Shown piece after piece: positions 58,990 to 64,000 of a stretch of DNA of 64,000 bases (positions are counted from its first letter, which is position 1; every line of letters begins with the position of its first letter). The position numbers and the translations under genes are program-made. The notes under the pieces are model-generated. The model ran no database searches. It was given only the letters and a program-made list of their open reading frames with translations, and was not told the DNA's origin. This DNA comes from Chlorokybus atmophyticus (Eukaryota > Plantae > Mesostigma and Chlorokybus algae): contig RHPI01000638.1 of assembly GCA_009103225.1 (NCBI GenBank), forward strand, positions 186,001 through 250,000. Direction: 5' to 3'.

Positions 58990-60673
58990 ATGGCGTCTAC
59001 GGCTGCGACGGGCGTCGTCGCTGCGGCGCGGCTGTCTGGTGCTCAGGCGCCTGCTTCCCGGGGCGCTGCGGGCGTGGCGCAGCCGGCCAGTGCTCTGTGG
59101 GGAGCCAGGCTACCCGCTGGCCAGCGCCGCGCCTCCTCCTCCTCCTCCTCCTCCTCCGCCAGGTTTCCCTCTGGCCGCCGGCATGACGGCGTTACCCGAG
59201 CCATTGCCGCAGATGATGGTCTGGAGGTGGACCACAGCGTGGACTTTGACGAACTGCAGGTGAGGATGCTGTGCTTTGGCTAGCTTAGAAGCAATGGCGC
59301 ATTGCAGGCGTGCAAGCTTTAGCAACTGGTCTGCACGGCGTTATGCAACTCATTCCAGCAGACAACAGTAATCAGGCAGGACAGGCATGCTAGTGGCGTA
59401 TGCCAGTGCATTGCGTCAGCGACTCATTGCAATGTGATTGGGCATGTTGACACGCCATGCCACATGCTGACATGCTATGCGACATGCTGCTTATGAGCTG
59501 CTTGATTGCACCGCACAAGCACAATTACGTCTTATACAGCAACATGGCACAGAACAAAGCAATCGTAAACAGTGAGGTGAAGCATTGCTTCGTCCCTGCA
59601 TGTAGGCAGCAATTGTGGAAAATGTTGTCATTCCCTGCAGGAGCTGATACGGCTGGTAAACTCGAGTGACATTGTGGAGTTTGAGCTGAAGAACTCCAAG
59701 TTCGAGATGACTCTCAAGAAGCATGAAGTCAGTATGCTCGCTTGAGTCCCCTGTGTGCGCCTTCTATGTGTCGTTCGTCCGTGTTATGAGGATTAACGCA
59801 TGGTGCCCTAGGCGCTTGCACCGCCCCCGGCCGCTGAAGCATCTTACGCGCCCAGCTTCTATCCTGGAAACTTCCAGCAATATGCAAGTCCCCCTCAGCC
59901 AGCACCGGCTGCACCTGCGCCTGCACCGGCTGCAGCAGCGCCTGCACCCGCGGCTACTTCAACTTCAGCTCCAGCAAATGCAAACTCAAGTCTCCCAAGG
60001 ATACTGTCACCCATGGCTGGCACTTTCTACCGATGCCCGGCGCCTGGCGAGCCGCCGTTTGTTGAGGTCAGGACGCTTGCTGAGTGTCTGGTTGATGCGG
60101 GTTGTGGCAAGGCTGCCGCCTCAGCTTGGTTTGGGTGCGCAGGTTGGTGCCAAGGTCACTAAGGGTCAGGTCATCTGCATTGTGGAGGCCATGAAGTTGT
60201 TGAATGAGATTGAGGTACGTACTGAGTGCCCACTTCTGCATGTCCTGCATCTATGCCATTGTTGCTTCGCTGCCAAGCATCTGACCCAGAGTGTGCAAAT
60301 CTTCAATTCAGGGTTGTGTGCATGCACGCGTGTGTGTGTTTGTGTGTGTGAGGAGGTGGATGGGGCGCTGGGGGTGGCTCATGCCTCAGTGCACTGTCAG
60401 TGCTGATATAATGAGCAATCTCCCTTTTCGTGTGCTCATACATATATGCGCATCTACGCAGTCGGAGTTTTCCGGGACCATCGTCGAAATGTTGGCTGTC
60501 GATGCAAAACCGGTTGAGGTGAACCAGGTAAGCCTGTTTTTAAGCAGCAAGCAGTGTACATGCAGCAGGGAGGTGAATGATATTATCTTGCCTGATTGTC
60601 AACAGTGTTTGCCACGTACTGACACTGTGCTTGCTGCCTGCAGCCGCTGTTTGTCATTGACCCCAACGCTTAA
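58990..60673 (+). CDS. accB: Biotin carboxyl carrier protein of plastid ACCase, 6 exons (58990-59259, 59641-59727, 59812-60066, 60143-60214, 60462-60527, 60644-60673)
   Basis: Transit peptide; ELIRLVNSSDIVEFELK; Pro/Ala-rich linker; ILSPMAGTFYRCPAPGEPPFVEVGAKVTKGQVICIVEAMKLLNEIESEFSGTIVEMLAVDAKPVEVNQPLFVIDP. The biotin-acceptor Lys of EAMK is present (60194-60196), so this is a true BCCP rather than a BADC. Confidence 0.97.
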
Positions 60674-62261
60674 GCATATGGAAGGAGTCGGGTGCTTGCT
60701 AGAAGTACAGCTACGTCTGTGCTATGATTTTGGTTTGGACAGGTGTGCACTCACAGGCTGTTTCACCAAAGAGATATGGTTTATGTATAGGCTTATTCTG
60801 GTACTCATACAGAGCAACTGCAGATATTTCGTGTCCAGCTTCGTAGCTGCGCTCAACATGACTACGCTGTGCGTGCGCATGATGTTCAGTCAGTCAACCA
60901 AACAGTAACTTCTTTTCTACGCTGCGTGTGCTGTCAGTGTGACGTGAGTTTTCTCCTTGCCTTTGTAGTCACTGATCTAGTGGTCTGTTTGGTCCCCCTA
61001 GACTAGTGCCCTGGTATTTGAAGCGCAGTGCAGGTTACTAGCATCAATGCACGCGCATATGAATACGTATGACTGAACCTGCATGTAGGCTGTGCGGGCC
61101 TTACCATGGTATGCATAGGCAAGTACAGTAGCAAGATGATAGGCAGGGATGACAGTACGTAGCTTGGTGTGACGATGTTGCTGTTAGTGGGGAGAGAGCA
61201 AGACCTCTAGCAATGTAAACTGCGAAGTCAGGTAGGAAATGTGCAGTGATTGTAGGAGAAGACACTGGTAGTGGTTGGTAGGTAGCAAGGTTAGCAAGTT
61301 AGTAATAGGCAAGCAGAGCAATGGCAATGTGCTGGGTCTCACAGTCGCACGTCAAGCAAGAACTGCAAAGCACAGCTAAGGTGCTCCTCACCTTATAGCA
61401 GTGCCTCAATTAGCGAACTGCAAGAAAAGGGATAAATGCTATTGTGGCCTATCGAGATTTAGCCATGGGTTTCAACCATGTACTCTGCGCGTACTTTAAG
61501 GCTTTGTAGTGAGAGGCGAGCTTTGATTAGTGAGTATGTTATGTGCAACATGTGGCTATCATTCCACAAGCTGGTGGTGATTAGCTAAACATCATTTCCA
61601 GCATGAGGGTGTTCACACCCTCCCCTCATTTGGCTGATGCACATAGTATAGCATGATACATAAATTTCAATGCCGACCATACCACAACCGCAAGTCCTTC
61701 TTAATGAACATGCTTGCAGGAGCTTGAGCAATGCATCATTTGTAAAATGTATCAGATCGCGGTAGTGCGGACAATGCAAGGCGTGTTGATATGATATCAC
61801 TTTTGTGTGCAAGTGCTTACTTATGCAATCTGAAGTAGGTGTGCGAGGAATCTGCTAAGTATGCACAACCATTAAGCCTAGCGACCTTTGATGTGCAGAT
61901 TTGCCAATCATGGTATATAGTCAAGTCACAGATGATCTGCTTCATATCTAAGTACCTGCATTGTCCGTTTGACCTACCCATATACTTGCAAGACCAACTC
62001 AGTAGGTCGTTGGTCAGATTGATCGTGACCTACACCTCTGGCGGCGCTTGCAATGCTCACTTTGCGGGGTAGTGGAGGGTTCAGGGGCTATACAGTATAT
62101 AGCACACACAGAACCGCATTTGCCTTATCTTGCTTGCCCTACCTCTGCTGCTTGTCCAAGGACTGAACCTCGCTTACAGGTATGATGACGTTGGTGACTG
62201 TTGTTGCCTCCTGCATTAAACTTTCATTGCACGTAAGCGCAACAGAAGGGTAGGTGAAAGC

Positions 62262-62640
62262 CTGTAACAACCATCTCGGCCATGGTAGCAAAAGTCGCTA
62301 CCATGAGAGAAGGCGCAACGGTTTTATGATTTATCAATAAGCACGGCGTTATATTCCTCCCGGTCTTAACCTGCGGCTGACAACCACGTCCCGTGTACAA
62401 CAGAGCAGTCTTTACAGGACTACATACTAGCCAAATACCATAGCCGCGCGACTAGGCGCGCAGCCGCATGCGGAGCGACCCGCACGTTTGGCCTCAATAA
62501 CTGAAAGCATAAGCACAATCGCCTTTCTCATCCATCCGCACGAAGTGAGAGTCAAACCTGTGCCCCAAGCTCGCGATATTACTGTAACAACCATCTTGGC
62601 CATGGTAGCAAAAGTCGCTACTTTATTAGGCACGGCGTTA
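62262..62640. repeat. Intergenic 40-bp direct repeat (62262-62301 and 62582-62621, 1 mismatch) with an internal hairpin
   Basis: ctgtaacaaccatct(c/t)ggccatggtagcaaaagtcgctac occurs twice, each followed (at different distances) by gcacggcgtta. Confidence 0.85.
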
Positions 62641-64000
62641 CAAGGCCCCCGGTATAATGAATTGTGCTCGCTGACCAAGCATAGGCACAAAGGGGCCCTT
62701 TATCTGCTGTATGTTTGGGCATTAAGCATGTTCGTGTGGACAACTGATTATGACATATATGATATGCTGGTTATTGGGTCTATAATATCAAGAATAAAGT
62801 TCAATATAGTGACAAGTCATGAGGCATTACCATGAATGTGCATTGGAAGGCAGCAAGGGAGAGTACATGAGAAGGGGCGTTGCCAACAGTGTGAGGATAT
62901 TCAACTGTTGTGTGTGGAGTGCCTAACATACTTGTGTAAGGGGCCCTTGAAAGGGTGAAGCTGTGTGCACGTGGGTAAGATTTGATAAGTGCTGCAGCTG
63001 GTTGACCAAGCTATCTGCTACACTTGGGCCTGTAAGTCTATGGCAGGCGTCATAGTTTTATTAGAGCCGCTTGCTGTACAGCAACATGTTCAAGTAACAA
63101 TGGGTTGTTGTTGGTTGATACTATTGTACATACATGTAAATGTTTTCTTCCTCCGGTACAATGCAATTGTATGTATATTATGCATACTATGCATATGCAA
63201 CTTTGTATGTCACATAACCAATGCATAACGTGACAAGATAAGGATGTGTGTATGGAAGTGGGTATGATATCATGTCGATGTTTGTGGTTAACACGTAAAT
63301 CTACCACACACAATGTTCTCGCGCATGCTTGTGCCCCTTATGTTTTTTTCAAGCTAATCTTCGTTATTTGCGCTGTTGAGCAGCGTATGTTTTACATTAC
63401 ACCGCCAGTAACATATTCACATTGTACGCACAAGTCTTACATGTACAATGTGTACAACCGGTTCCAAACGATGCTAGCTATAGCAAACTTGGTTGCTGTG
63501 ACAAGAATATTGGATACTGATGCTATGACATATTTGCAAAGGGCTAGCTCAAGGTAAGCATCCATTATATGCGGACGATAGTGCGACAATTTGCAATCGA
63601 TACAATAAATAAAGTGCAATAGATTCAAACACTGCATGCGACTGATACTGATTAAAAACAGAATAAGCCTTACAACGTGTTATTGCCCAAAGTATATGTC
63701 GTACAGTACCTGTACAGTTATGAACAAGTGCTTGTTATAGCTCACTTAATGGGATGAAGCTGGTACGCCTATTAGTTGATCATTTCAAAGCGAATTGCGC
63801 ATATGTGTTGGTCATGTTTATGTCATGCACATATTAACATTATGCATGTTATGATAGTACTGTTGCATATCCGCTGTTTTATAATAGCTAATGATAGCTA
63901 ATGTACACGAGCATTGTTACATCGTCGTGATGCCTTAATATATGTATTGAGATTGAATGGAAACGTCGATCATGACACATGTGTTTGTTAGGTTGCAAAT

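Noticed and set aside
62262-62640. CRISPR-like repeat-spacer array
   Set aside because: Only two copies, about 280 bp between them, in a eukaryotic context with no cas genes.
60900-64000. Short ORFs in the right-hand 3 kb
   Set aside because: No recognisable motifs and no consistent exon chain; treated as intergenic.

Overview
Eukaryotic nuclear DNA from a photosynthetic green-lineage organism with a flagellated stage. This is inferred from nuclear psbO, nuclear subunits of the plastid heteromeric ACCase, an IFT dynein-2 heavy chain and plant-like XPO7/EDM2 sequences; an early streptophyte alga is plausible, but the species cannot be determined here. Genes are intron-rich, so the ORF track shows only exon fragments; gene models were rebuilt by hand from GT/GC-AG signals and protein motifs. 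Gene order: purL/FGAM synthase (-, 3' end off-window); exportin-7 (+); an orphan multi-exon gene (-, weak); EDM2-like PHD + methyltransferase-fold gene (+); an ~850 bp purine-rich hexamer satellite; a single-chain SbcD(Mre11-like nuclease)-SbcC(Rad50-like ATPase) fusion gene (-); cytoplasmic dynein-2 heavy chain (-, ~21.7 kb, contains a 625-N gap); psbO (+); ACCase alpha-carboxyltransferase (-); BCCP (+). Most notable: (1) the SbcD-SbcC fusion, which has intact nuclease motifs but a Walker-B E->Q change, a His-less H-loop and a very short hook-less coiled coil; (2) two subunits of the same ACCase complex arranged head-to-head 570 bp apart; (3) a repeated C-rich 5' / G-rich 3' synonymous-codon flip inside individual dynein exons; (4) introns that still carry copies of their flanking exons. 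No rRNA, tRNA, CRISPR array or transposase was recognised.
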